Below, piece after piece: positions 47,286-58,300 of a stretch of DNA of 64,000 nucleotides. Location: positions 71,922,001 to 71,986,000 of the forward strand of contig NC_086097.1 of the NCBI RefSeq assembly GCF_963921235.1, written 5' to 3'. The notes beneath the pieces were generated by a model, which was not told where the DNA came from, searched no databases, and saw nothing but the letters and a program-made list of their open reading frames with translations. Positions within the stretch are counted from its first letter, which is position 1, and every line of letters begins with the position of its first letter. The position numbers and the translations under genes were made by a program. This DNA is from Mobula hypostoma (taxonomy: Eukaryota).

Positions 47286-49039
47286 AACCATTAGGTTCCA
47301 ACAACTATCTTATCCTCCTTGGGGATGCTAAGCAGTGTCAGGCATAGGCAAGCGTGGAAGGTCTCTTTTTCCTACTCTGTGAGTCCCGAGTGTGTGCTTA
47401 GCTTTATCTGGTGTTATAAAAAACAAACAGATAATCATGAGACATTCACTGAGCTGCACTGGAAGTTCAGAGAGTTGACTGACAAGCTACTTCTTTATTA
47501 CAAACCCAACACTGAGGACCCTGGATTTGTCAGCTGCCTTCCCTTTCCAGAAGAAGTTGTATTCACCCTTCTCCTTTAACTGCCAGATGAGTTTCAGGAA
47601 GAGCAGCTAGGTCAATCTAGCATCTTCTTAGTCCTCTGGTAAGATCACAGTTTTCCTTTCAGGTCAATCACTGGTTGCATACAGGGTGCATACACTCCAG
47701 GCTCCAGATGTCATGTTTCTTTGTTTCTGACTGAATATGGTGATTACCTGAAAGTGGCAATGCAGTCAAAAGGGTTTGAGGCAGGCTACCTCTAGGGCAC
47801 CTTTTCTAGCTTCTTGCCCGAGTGGGGTGAGCAGAGCAGATCCTGAATAGGGCCCTGGGTGCAGCTGCCAAAGGGCTCCTTCTCCTCAGTCCAAAAGCCC
47901 AGCAACTGAATAAAATACCCACTGCCCAATGTGCCAGCTCATGACTAGGGGCTTCCAGACATCACCATTGTTGGCCTGAGGAACTACAATCTATAAATCA
48001 TCGATCAGTAATGAGATAAGGGCAATGGAAACAGAAAATGTACAAGTCTTTGTTCTTATTATGTGATGGCAGGAATTGAGGTGGCCATTTTAAGACTGTC
48101 CTTGCAGAAGCCATTTTGTGAACTGTTTGGTGAATTGATTCTTGCTTTGAGATAAACTTAATCAGAGCAGTTCAATGTTGACACAAGGAGTTTCTGCTAA
48201 TGATCTGATAAACCTGAGACCATTCACAGATCAGAAGCTGTTTATTATGTAAAGTAGCATGTCTGCAGTAGGAATAGGTTGTGATCTGGTCATATGGGCC
48301 CAGTGCTTGGCTGACTTAGTTAGAACCACTTGGAGTTGGACAGAACAAAAGATATCACCCGAGTCACAAAACTGAAGGGAGAGCCATAAAGCAATACTGC
48401 TTGTAGCCCTGGGCTACATCAAATCAGAAGTTGAAGCAAGTGGGTCAGATGACATTGAGCCAACAAAATTGAAACTTCGTAAATTGACCTAATAAGGAAA
48501 AGGATAAGGATGACAACTTTGGGAGCACATCCAGTGACAACTCTCCGGAAAACAACCATCACAGCTGGGGAGGATCTCATGTCAGACATGTGGAGATTAG
48601 AACGGGACCACAAGGAATGTCTGGCCTGTGTAGACTCTTTTTCCGGGGTATTACCTTTTCTTATCTTTGACTATTCATGGAGCATCAGGGAAACGTAGTG
48701 GGTACGAACAAGGGTATTCAGTTCTGTAAATTCATTCCTGTGAACTGAGCCGATAAGGGTACTTGTCAGTAAATCCAGATTCTCTCTGTGCCTAATTGAT
48801 CATTATTACTGAGGGGTAATCCTTCCAACACCCTTTTGCTACTTACCAGTCACCATGGGACTGAATCCAGATGGTTAGGATGGATTTCTTTAATGGGGAA
48901 TGCTTGTGCATGACTGCTTAATGTGGGGGGTTTGATGCACAAGCAGCCACCACATGGTCCTTGACAGATCAGAGTCAGGATCCAATGGCATGGAGTGTAA
49001 GATGACTGCAAACCCACTCCAGTCCAATAAGTCATAAGG

Positions 49040-50940
49040 AAGGGACCCCAAAAGCAACAGAACTTAACTAAAAAGGCAATACGGGGAGAAAATATGAGGT
49101 ATGTACGCAACCTAGCTAGGAATATAAAGGAGGATAGCAAAAGTTTTTTTAGGTATGTGAAGAGAAGGAAGATAGTTAAGAACAATGTTGGGCCCTTGAA
49201 GAATGAATTGGGAGAAATTGTTATGAGAAACAGAGAAATGGCAGACGAATTTAGTAAGTACTTTGAATCAGTCTTCGCTAGGGAAGACACAAGCAGTCTC
49301 CCAGTTGTATGGATGGGCCGAGGACATAGGGTAACAGAGGAACTGAAACAGATTGACATTAGGAAGGAAACGGTGATGAGTAGACTGATGGGACTGAAGG
49401 CTAACAAATCCCAGGTCCAGATGGTCTGCATCCTAGGGTACTAAAGGAGGAGGCTCTGGAAATTGCGGATGCATTGGTGACCATTTTCCAATGATCATTA
49501 GATTCAGGATCAGTTCCTGAGGATTGGCGAATGGCTAACGTTACCCCACTTTTTAAGAAAGGAGGGAGGGAGAAAACAGAGAACTATCACCCTATTAGCC
49601 TAACATCAGTAGTGGGGAAAATGCTAGAGTCCATTAATAAAGATGAAATAGTGGCATATCTTGATAGCAGTGATAAGATTGGGCCGAGCCAGCATGGATT
49701 TACCAAGGGCAAATCATGCTTGACTAACGTGTTGGAGTTTTTCGAGGATGTAACCAGGAAGATAGACGCGGGAGATCCAGTGGATGTGGTGTACCTTGAC
49801 TTTCAGAAGGCATTTGATAAGGTACCACATAGGAGATTGGTGGGTAAAATCAGAGCTCATGGCATTGCGGGGAGGATATTGACATGGATAGAAAACTGGT
49901 TGGCAGATAGAAAGCAAACGGTTGCAGTGAATGGGTGTTTCTCGGAATGGCAGGTGGTGACTAGTGGGATGCCACAGGGCTCGGTATTGGGACCACAGCT
50001 GTTTACGATTTATGTCAATGATTTAGAGGAAGGCATTGTGAATAACATCAGCAAGTTAGCTGATGATACTAAGCTGGGTGGCAGTGTGACATGTGATGAG
50101 GATGTTAGGAGAATTCAAGGTGACTTGGATAGGCTGGGTGAGTGGGCAGAAACTTGGCAGATGGCGTTTAATGTGAATAAGTGTGAGGTTATTCACTTTG
50201 GGAGCAAGAACAGGAAGGCAGATTATTATCTGAACGGTGTGGAGTTAGGTAAGGGTGAAATACAAAGAGATCTAGGAGTATTTGTTCATCAGTCTCTGAA
50301 GGTGAATGAGCAAGTGCAGCAGGCAATGAAGAAGGCTAATGGGATGTTGGCCTTTATTACAAAGGGAATTGAGTACAAGAGCAAGGAAATCCTTTTGCAT
50401 TTGTACAGGGCCCTGGTGAGACCACACCTGGAGTATTGTGTGCAGTTTTGGTCTCCAGGGTTAAGGAAGGACATCCTGGCTGTGGAGGAGGTGCAGCGTA
50501 GGTTCACTAGGTTAATTCCTGGGATGTCCGGACTGTCTTACGCAGAGAGGTTAGAGAGACTGGGCTTGTACACACTGGAATTAAGGAGATTGAGGGGCGA
50601 TCTGATTGAGACATATAAGATTATTAAGGGATTGGACAAGATAGAGGCAGGAAATATGTTCCAGATGCTGGAAGAGTCCGGTACCATAGGGCATGGTTTA
50701 AGAATAAGGGGTAGGTCATTTAGGACAGAGTTGAGGAGGAACTTCTTCTCCCAGAGAGTTGTGGAGGTGTGGAACGCGCTGCCTCAGAAGGCAGTGGAGG
50801 CCAATTCTCTGGATGCTTTCAAGAAGGAGCTAGATAGGTATCTTATGGACAGGGGAATCAAGGGTTATGGGGACAAGGCAGGAACCGGGTATTGATAGTA
50901 GATGATCAGCCATGATCTCAGAATGGCGCTGCAGGCTCAA
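49040..50940 (+). mobile_element. 5'-truncated CR1 with an open 454-aa RT frame (49531-50895)
   Basis: QHGF, DFQKAFD, PQGSVLGP, LADDTK and HLEYCVQFWSP; upstream frameshift and stop. Confidence 0.93.
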
Positions 50941-51973
50941 AGGGCTCTTTGTAGCAGAAAAATATGGGCAGTGATGATCGTCTGTTATAAGTATATTGGA
51001 AAGCCTTGTATTTTGAAAGGGATAGATAAGATAGAAGTAGGAAAGTTGTTTTCATTGGCAAGTGAGACTAGAACTAGGGGACATTGCCTCAAGATTCAGG
51101 GGAGAAGATTTAGGGTGGAGATGAGGAGAAACTGTTTTTCCCAGAGTGGTGAATCTGTGGAATTTTCTGCCCAGGGAAGCAGTTGAGGCTTCTTCACTAA
51201 ATATACTTAAGATACAGTTAGATAGATTTTTACATAGTACCTGAATTAAGGGTTATGGGGAAAATGCAGGTGGATGGAGCTGAGTTTACGGACAGATTAG
51301 CCATGATCTTATTAAATGGCGGGGCAGGTTCGATGGGCCGGATGGCCTACTTCTGCTCCTAATCTTGTGCTTCTTATGTATTTGTCAACTGGGTAGTACA
51401 AGCAGCATAAGTTGCTTATGTGGCTTATTGACTCTGTGGTTAGGAAGCCATATGGTGCATTGGCCATCATTAACCGTGGGATTGAGTTTAGGAGCCGAGA
51501 GGTAATGTTGCAGCTATATTAGACCCTGGTCAGACCCCACTTGGAGTACTGTGCTCAGTTCTGGTCACCTCACTACTGGAAGGATGTGGAAACCATAGAA
51601 AGGGTACAGAGGAGATTTACAAGGATGTTGCCTTGATTGGGGAGCATGCCTTGTGAGAATAGGTTAAGTGACCTTGGCCCCTTCTCCTTGGAGCGACGGA
51701 GGATGAGAGGTGACCTGATAGAGGTGTATAAGATGATGAGAGGCTTTGATCATGTGGATAGTCAGAGGCTGAAATGGCTAACATGAGAGGGCACAGTTTT
51801 AAGGTGCTCGGAATTAGTTACAGAGGAGATGTTAGGGATAAGTTTTTTATGCAGAGAGTGGTGAGTGCATGGAATGGATTGCCGGCGACGGTGGTGGAGG
51901 AAGATACAATAGCAACACACATCAAAGTTGCTGGTGAACGCAGCAGGCCAGGCAGCATCTGTAGGAAGAGGTG

Positions 51974-52010
51974 CAGTCGATGTTTCAGGCCGAGACGCTT
52001 CGTCAGGACT
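51974..52010 (-). ncRNA. Minimal type-I hammerhead ribozyme motif (best copy in the window, partly decayed)
   Basis: The minus strand reads AGUC-CUGACGA-A-GCGU CUCG GCCU-GAAAC-AUC-GACU(G): core boxes CUGANGA and GAAA, stem I AGUC/GACU and a weakened stem II. Confidence 0.7.
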
Positions 52011-52312
52011 AACTGAAGGAAGAGTGAGTAAGGGATTTGAAAGTTGGAGGGGGAGGGGGAGATCCAAAATGATAGGAGAAGACAGGAGGGGGAGGGATAG
52101 AACCAAGAGCTGGACAGGTGACAGGCAAAAGGGGATACGAGAGGATCATGGGACAGGAGGTCCGGGAAGAAAGACAAGGAGTGGGGGTGGGGGGGACCCA
52201 GAGGATGGGCAAGAGGTATATTCAGAGGGACAGATGGAGAAAAAGGAGAGTGAGAGAAAGAATGTGTGCATAAAAATAAGTAACAGATGGGGTACGAGGG
52301 GGAGGTGGGGCC

Positions 52313-53056
52313 TTAGCAGAAGTTAGAGAAGTCGATGTTCATACCATCAGGTTGGAGGCTACCCAGACGGAATATAAGGTGTTGTTCCTCCAACCTGAGT
52401 GTGGCTTCATCTTTACAGTAGAGGAGGCCGTGGATAGACATGTCAGAATGGGAATGGGATGTGGAATTAAAATGTGTGGCCACTGGGAGATCCTGCTTTC
52501 TCTGGTGGACAGAGCGTAGATGTTCAGCAAAGCAGTCTCCCAGTCTGCGTCGGGTCTCGCCAATATATAAAAGGCCACATCGGGAGCACCGGACGCAGTA
52601 TATCACCCCAGTCGACTCACAGGTGAAGTGTTGCCTCACCTGGAAGGACTGTTTGGGGCCCTGAATGGTGGTAAGGGAGGAAGTGTAAGGGCATGTGTAG
52701 CACTTGTTCCGCTTACACGGATAAGTGCCAGGAGGGAGATCAGTGGGGAGGGATGGGGGGGACGTATGGACAAGGGAGTTGCGTAGGGAGCGATCCCTGC
52801 GGAATGCAGAGAGAGGGAGGGAGGGAAAGATGTGCTCAGTGGTGGGATCCCGTTGGAGGTGGCGGAAGTTACGGAGAATAATATGTTGGACCTGGAGGCT
52901 GGTGGGGTGGTAGGTGAGGACCAGGGGAACCCTATTCCTAGTGGGGTGGCAGGAGGATGGAGTGAGAGCAGATGTACGTGAAATGGGGAAGATGCGTTTA
53001 AGAGCAGAGTTGATAGTGGAGGAAGGGAAGCCCCTTTCTTTAAAAAAGGAAGACAT
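52313..53056 (-). CDS. Penelope-like ORF C-terminus: end of RT, Cys-rich linker and GIY-YIG endonuclease (open but 5'-truncated)
   Basis: FKERGFP, PLVLTYHP, CKRNKCYTC, GVIYCVRCSRCGLLYIGETRRRL, VATHFN and RLEEQHLIFRLGSLQPDGMN. Confidence 0.85.
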   Translation of the reverse strand: MSSFFKERGFPSSTINSALKRIFPISRTSALTPSSCHPTRNRVPLVLTYHPTSLQVQHIILRNFRHLQRDPTTEHIFPSLPLSAFRRDRSLRNSLVHTSPPSLPTDLPPGTYPCKRNKCYTCPYTSSLTTIQGPKQSFQVRQHFTCESTGVIYCVRCSRCGLLYIGETRRRLGDCFAEHLRSVHQRKQDLPVATHFNSTSHSHSDMSIHGLLYCKDEATLRLEEQHLIFRLGSLQPDGMNIDFSNFC

Positions 53057-53530
53057 CTTCCTCGTCCTGTTTGCGAAGATACAATAGGGTCTTTTAAGAG
53101 ACCTCTGGATAGGCTCATGGAGCTCAGAAAAATAGAGGGCTATGGGTAACCCAAGGTAACTTCTAAAGTAAGTACATGTTCCTGCACAGCATCGTGGGCC
53201 AAAGGGCCTGTATTCTGCCCTAGGTTTTCTATGTTTCTATATTTCTATGTATTCTTGGATATGAGGTGCTTTAAGTACTGTAGCATGTGGCTAACTGCTT
53301 TCTCTATGATGTTACAAATGTTCAGTGCAGAATTAGGAGAACTGATCTTCCTGTGTCATAGAAGGCACACTGTGGAACTTTATTTTCCAGAAAAGCTCAT
53401 TTCTCTGTAAGATATTTTGTTTTAAACAATACTTAGATAGTTTATATCACCAACTATCATTCAATGTCTAAGCACTACAGCGTAACTTCTTTAGTGAGCA
53501 TTATGGAGCACATCCCCGGGCATGAAAGAC

Positions 53531-53722
53531 ACCTTAACCTATTGTGCTCTACCCATTATTATAGGCAGCTCTTCTATATATGGTATACCTGCCACCATGC
53601 TCTCAGCATCTCCAGAGTTCCCACATTGGCATCTTATCCTTATTGTGCTCTACCTATTGTTGCAGGCAGTTCTTCTATATATAATAAACCTGCCTCCATG
53701 TTCTCAGCACCTCCAGAGTTCC
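53531..53722. repeat. Diverged tandem duplication of about 100 bp
   Basis: 'tattgtgctctacc.att.tt..aggcag.tcttctatatat...acctgcc.ccatg.tctcagca.ctccagagttcc' occurs twice. Confidence 0.9.
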
Positions 53723-53909
53723 TTACCTTGATCCACTGAGTTCCTTTGACATTTTGTTTGCTGTTCCTTATCTCCTTGTGTTGCGCTTTAATTTTCCATT
53801 GACTGCTGCGTGCTTGATCTTGAATGGAAACATTTTTTACTTACCAATAATCTTTACTTGTGCCACTATTATAATATGCCAAGAACTTCCTTCCATTTTC
53901 AATGTGTTT

Positions 53910-55250
53910 GTCATAGTCATAGTCATACTTTATTGATCCCGAGGGAAATTGGTTTTCGTTACAGTTGCACCATAAATAATTGAATACTAATAAAACCATA
54001 AATAATTAAATAGTAATATGTAAATTATGCCAGGAAATTATGAAATAAGTCCAGGACCAGCCTATTGGCTCAGGGTGTCTGACCTTCCAAGGGAGGAGTT
54101 GTAAAGTTTGATGGCCACAGGCAGGAATGACTTCCTGTGACGCTCTGTGTTGCATCTCGGTGGAATAAGTCTCTGGCTGAATGTACTCCTGTGCCCAACC
54201 AGTCCATTATGTAGTGGATGGGAGACATTGTCCAAGATGGAATGCAACTTAGACAGCATCCTCTTTTCAGACACCACCATCAGAGAGTCCAGTTCCATCC
54301 CCACAACATCACTGGCCTTACGAGTGAGTTTGTTGATTCTGTTGGTATCTGCTACCCTCAGCCTGCTGTCCCAGCACACAACAGCAAACATGATAGCACT
54401 GGCGACCACAGACTCGTAGAACATCCTCAGCAATGTCCAACAGATGTTAAAGGACCTCAGTCTCCTCAGGAAATAGAGACGGCTCTGTCCCTTCTAGTAG
54501 ACAGCCTCAATGTTCTTTGACCAGTCCAGTTTATTGTCAATTCGTATCCCCAGGTATTTGTAATCCTCCACCATATCCACACTGACCCCCTGGATGGAAA
54601 CAGGGGTCACTGGTGCCTTAGCCCTCCTCAGGTCCACCACCAGCTCCTTAGTCTTTTTCACATTAAGCTGCAGATAATTCTGCTCACACCATGTTACAAA
54701 GTTTCCTACCGTAGCCCTGTACTCAGCATCATCTCCCTTGCTGATGCATCCAACTATGTCAGAGTCATCAGAAAACTTCTGAAGATGACAAGGCTCTGTG
54801 CAGTAGTTGAAGTACGAGGTGTAAATAGTGAAGAGAAAGGGAGACAAGACAGTCCCCTGTGGAGCCCCAGTGCTGCTGATCACTCTGTCGGACACACAGT
54901 GTTGCAAGCACACGTACTGTGGTCTGCCAGTCAGGTAATCTAGAATCCATGACACCTGGAAAGCATCCACCTGCATCACTGTCAGCTGGCATCCTCAACT
55001 CCTAGTCGGGGCCGGTCAGCGAACTGGAGGGGTTCTAAGTGTGGCCTGACCATAGACTGGAGCAGCTCCAGAACACGTCTCTCCAGGGTCTTCATGATGT
55101 GGGAGGTCAATGCCACCGGTCTGTAGTCATTGAGGCCACTGGGGCGCGGCATCTTTGGCACAGGGAGGAGGCAGGACATCTTCCACAGCACAGGAACCCT
55201 CTGGAGACTCAGGCTCAGGTTGAAGACAGGTTGTACTCCAGCATGTTGAC
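53910..55250 (-). mobile_element. 5'-truncated Rex1/Babar LINE with an internal deletion
   Basis: NDYRPVALTSHIMK, GAPQGTVLSP, FSDD and YKYLG; (ACTATG)n tail; near-copy of 55363-56800. Confidence 0.92.
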
Positions 55251-55362
55251 TTGAGACAGAATTCTGCATTACTTCATCATTAATAAACTTGAATAAGGTT
55301 TTAAGAGGAAGTGAGGAAGCTGTTCAGGATGCAGAATACCCACTGTCTCCACTGCCATCCTT

Positions 55363-58300
55363 ATAGTCATAGTGATAGTCGTACTTTATTGATCCCGGGG
55401 GAAATTGGTTTTCGTTACAGTTGCACCATAAATAATAAATAGTAATAGAACCATAAATAGTTAAATAGTAAGATGTAAATTATGCCAGTAAATTATGAAA
55501 TAAGTCCAGGACCAGCCTATTGGCTCAGGGTGTCTGACCCTCCAAGGGAGGAGTTATAAAGTTTGATGGCCACAGGCAGGAATGACTTCCTATGACGCTC
55601 TGTGTTGCATCTCGGTGGAATGAGTCTCTGGCTGAATGTACTCCTGTGCCCAACCAATACATTATGTAGTGGATGGGAAACATAAACCAAGATGGCATGC
55701 AACTTAGACAGCATCCTCTTTTCAGACACCACCGTCAGAGAGTCCAGTTCCATCCCCACAACATCACCGGCCTTACGAATGAGTTTGTTGGTTCTGTTAG
55801 TGTCTGCTACCCTCAGCCTGCTGCCCCAGCACACAACAGCAAACATGATAGCACTGGCGACCACAGACTCGTAGAACATCCTCAGCATCGTCCGTCAGAT
55901 GTTAAAGGACCTCAGTCTCCTCAGGAAGTAGAGACGGCTCTGACCCTTCTTGTAGACAGCCTCAGTGTTCTTTGACCAGTCCAGTTTATTGTCGATTCGT
56001 ATCCCTAGATATTTGTAATCCTTCACCATGTCCACACTGACCCACCGGATGGAAACAGGGGTCACCAGTACCTTAGCTCTCCTCAGGTCTACCACCAGCT
56101 CCTTAGTCTTTTTCACATTAAGCTGCAAATAATTCTGCTCACACCATGTGACAAAGTTTCCTACCATAGCCCTGTACTCAGCCTCATCTCCCTTGCTGAT
56201 GCATCCAACTATGGCAGAGTCATCAGAAAACTTCTGAAGATGACAAGACTCTGTGCAGTAGTTGAAGTCCGAGGTGTAAATGGTGAAGAGAAAGGGAGAC
56301 AAGACAGTCCCCTGTGGAGCCCCAGTGCTGCTGATCGCTCCGTTGGACACACAGAGTTGCAAGCACACGTACTGTGGTCTGCCAGTCAGATAATCAAGGA
56401 TCTATGATACCAGGGAAACATCTTCCTGCATTGCTGTCAGCTTCTCCCCCAGCAGAGCAGGGCGGATGGTGTTGAACGCACTGGAGAAGTCAAAAAACAT
56501 GACCCTCACAGTGCTCGCTGGCTTGTCCAGGTGGGCGTAGACACGGTTCAACAGGTAGACGATGGCATCCTCAACTCCTAGTCGGGGCTGGTAGGCAAAC
56601 TGAAGGGGATCTAAGTGTGGCCTAACCATAGGCCGGAGCAGCTTCAGAACACATCTCTCCAGAGTCTTCATGATGTGGGAGGTCAATGCCACTGGTCTGT
56701 AGTCATTGAGGCCGCTGGGGCGTGGCGTTTTCGGCACAGGGACAAGGCAGGACATCTTTCACAGTACAGGAACCCTCCGGAGTATCAGGCTCAGGTTGAA
56801 TACATGGCGAAGTACTCCACATAGCTGAGGGGCACAGGCTTTGAGCACCCTGGTACTGACACCATCTGGTCCTGCAGCCTTGCTTGGGTTGAGACGTTTC
56901 AGCTGTCTTCTCACCTGTTCAGCTGTGAAGCCCACCGTGGTGGTTTCGTGTGGGGAAGGGGTATAGTCATGAGAGCAGGGTGGGGGACTGTGAGGAGGGG
57001 TAGGAGGGGAGAATGGAATATGTGTTTGTTGGGGGCCGACAACAGATAGCTCATGTGTGGGATAGGCAGGGGCCACAATGTCAAATCTGTTAAAGAACAA
57101 GTAAAGTTCCCTGGCCCTGTCCACATTGCCTTCCGCTCCTCTGTTGCTAGTTTGCCGGAACCCAGTGATGGTCCTCATCCCCCTCCATACCTCTCTCATG
57201 TTGTTCTGCAAGAGTTTCCACTCAAGCTTCCTCCTGTACTTGTCTTTAGCCTCCCTGATCCTGGCTTTCAGGTCCCTCTGCATTGCCCTCAGCTCCTCCC
57301 TATTTCCATCTCTAAGCACCCTCTTTTTAGCTTTCAGGATGTCCTCAATGTCCTTTGTCACCCATGGCTTGTTATTCGAATAACAAAGGACAGTTCTTGT
57401 CGGAACATTGCAGTCCACACAGAAGTTGATGTAATCAGTGATGCGCTCTGTGAGCCCATCAATATCCTCTCCATGTGGTTCACAGAGTGCCTGCCAGTCT
57501 GTCACCTCAAAACAACCCTGGAGCGCCTCATAAGCCTCCTCCGACCGTTTTCTCACTGTCCTCGAGGTTGCATGTTTTCTCTTCACCAGAGGCACGTAGC
57601 AGGGTTTTAGATGCACCAGGTTGTGATCTGACCTTCCCAGTGGGGAGAGGGGAGAGGAGCTGTATGCTTCCTTAACGTTAGTGTACATCAAATCCAGAGT
57701 CCTCTCCCCTCTGGTTGTACAGCTCACATACTGCGTGAAGTTGGGCAGTGTTCTAGCCATGGTAACCTGGTTGAAGTCACCCGAGATGGTAATGAGGGCA
57801 CTCGGGTGCTGCGTTTGTAATCTGGCTATGACGGTGTAAATGATGTTACACGTCAACGTCGGGTTGGCAGAGATGTAAACAAAAACCACAATTGCATGCG
57901 AGATTTCACTTGGCAAATAATATGGCTAGAGTCCAACAGCAAAAAGTTCCATATCTGGGCTACAGACACGTTGCTTGATCATAATGGATGAATTGAAGGA
58001 AATTTATATTAGGCAGGAATTGGTGTTGGATAGGCTGTTGGGTCTGAAGGCTGATAAGTCCCCGGGACCTGATGGTCTGCATCCCAGGGTACTTAAGGAG
58101 GTGGCTTTAGAAATCATGGACGCATTGCTAATCATTTTCCAATATTCTATAGACTCGGTATCAGTTCCTGTAGATTGGAGGGTGGCTACTGTTGTCCCTT
58201 TCTTCAAGAAGGGAGGAAGAGAGAAAACAGGGAATTATAGACCGGTTAGCCAGACGTCGGTGGTGGGAAAGATGCTGGACTCAATTATAAAAGATGAAAT

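Larger units (their letters stand above)
40740..47990 (-). mobile_element. Degraded near-full-length RTE-clade LINE in pieces (40740-41095, 41950-44335, 47290-47990), split by later insertions
   Basis: LRDALIVTIFKKGDKTDCSSYRGISLLS, LPESQC, KTGVKQGCIIAPVL, FPYLGSILS and LPKQIFYSQL; endonuclease pieces on both sides of 44336-47290. Confidence 0.88.
51913..53074 (-). mobile_element. 5'-truncated Penelope-like element (Neptune type) with a 13-bp TSD
   Basis: GAAGATACAATAG duplicated at 51900-51912 and 53075-53087; contains ORF 52313-53056. Confidence 0.93.
51010..53250 (+). mobile_element. Two further CR1 3' fragments (51010-51380, and 51435-51912 continuing at 53075-53250)
   Basis: CR1 C-terminal motifs and ttctat-type tails; the second fragment is split by the Penelope-like insertion. 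Confidence 0.85.
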
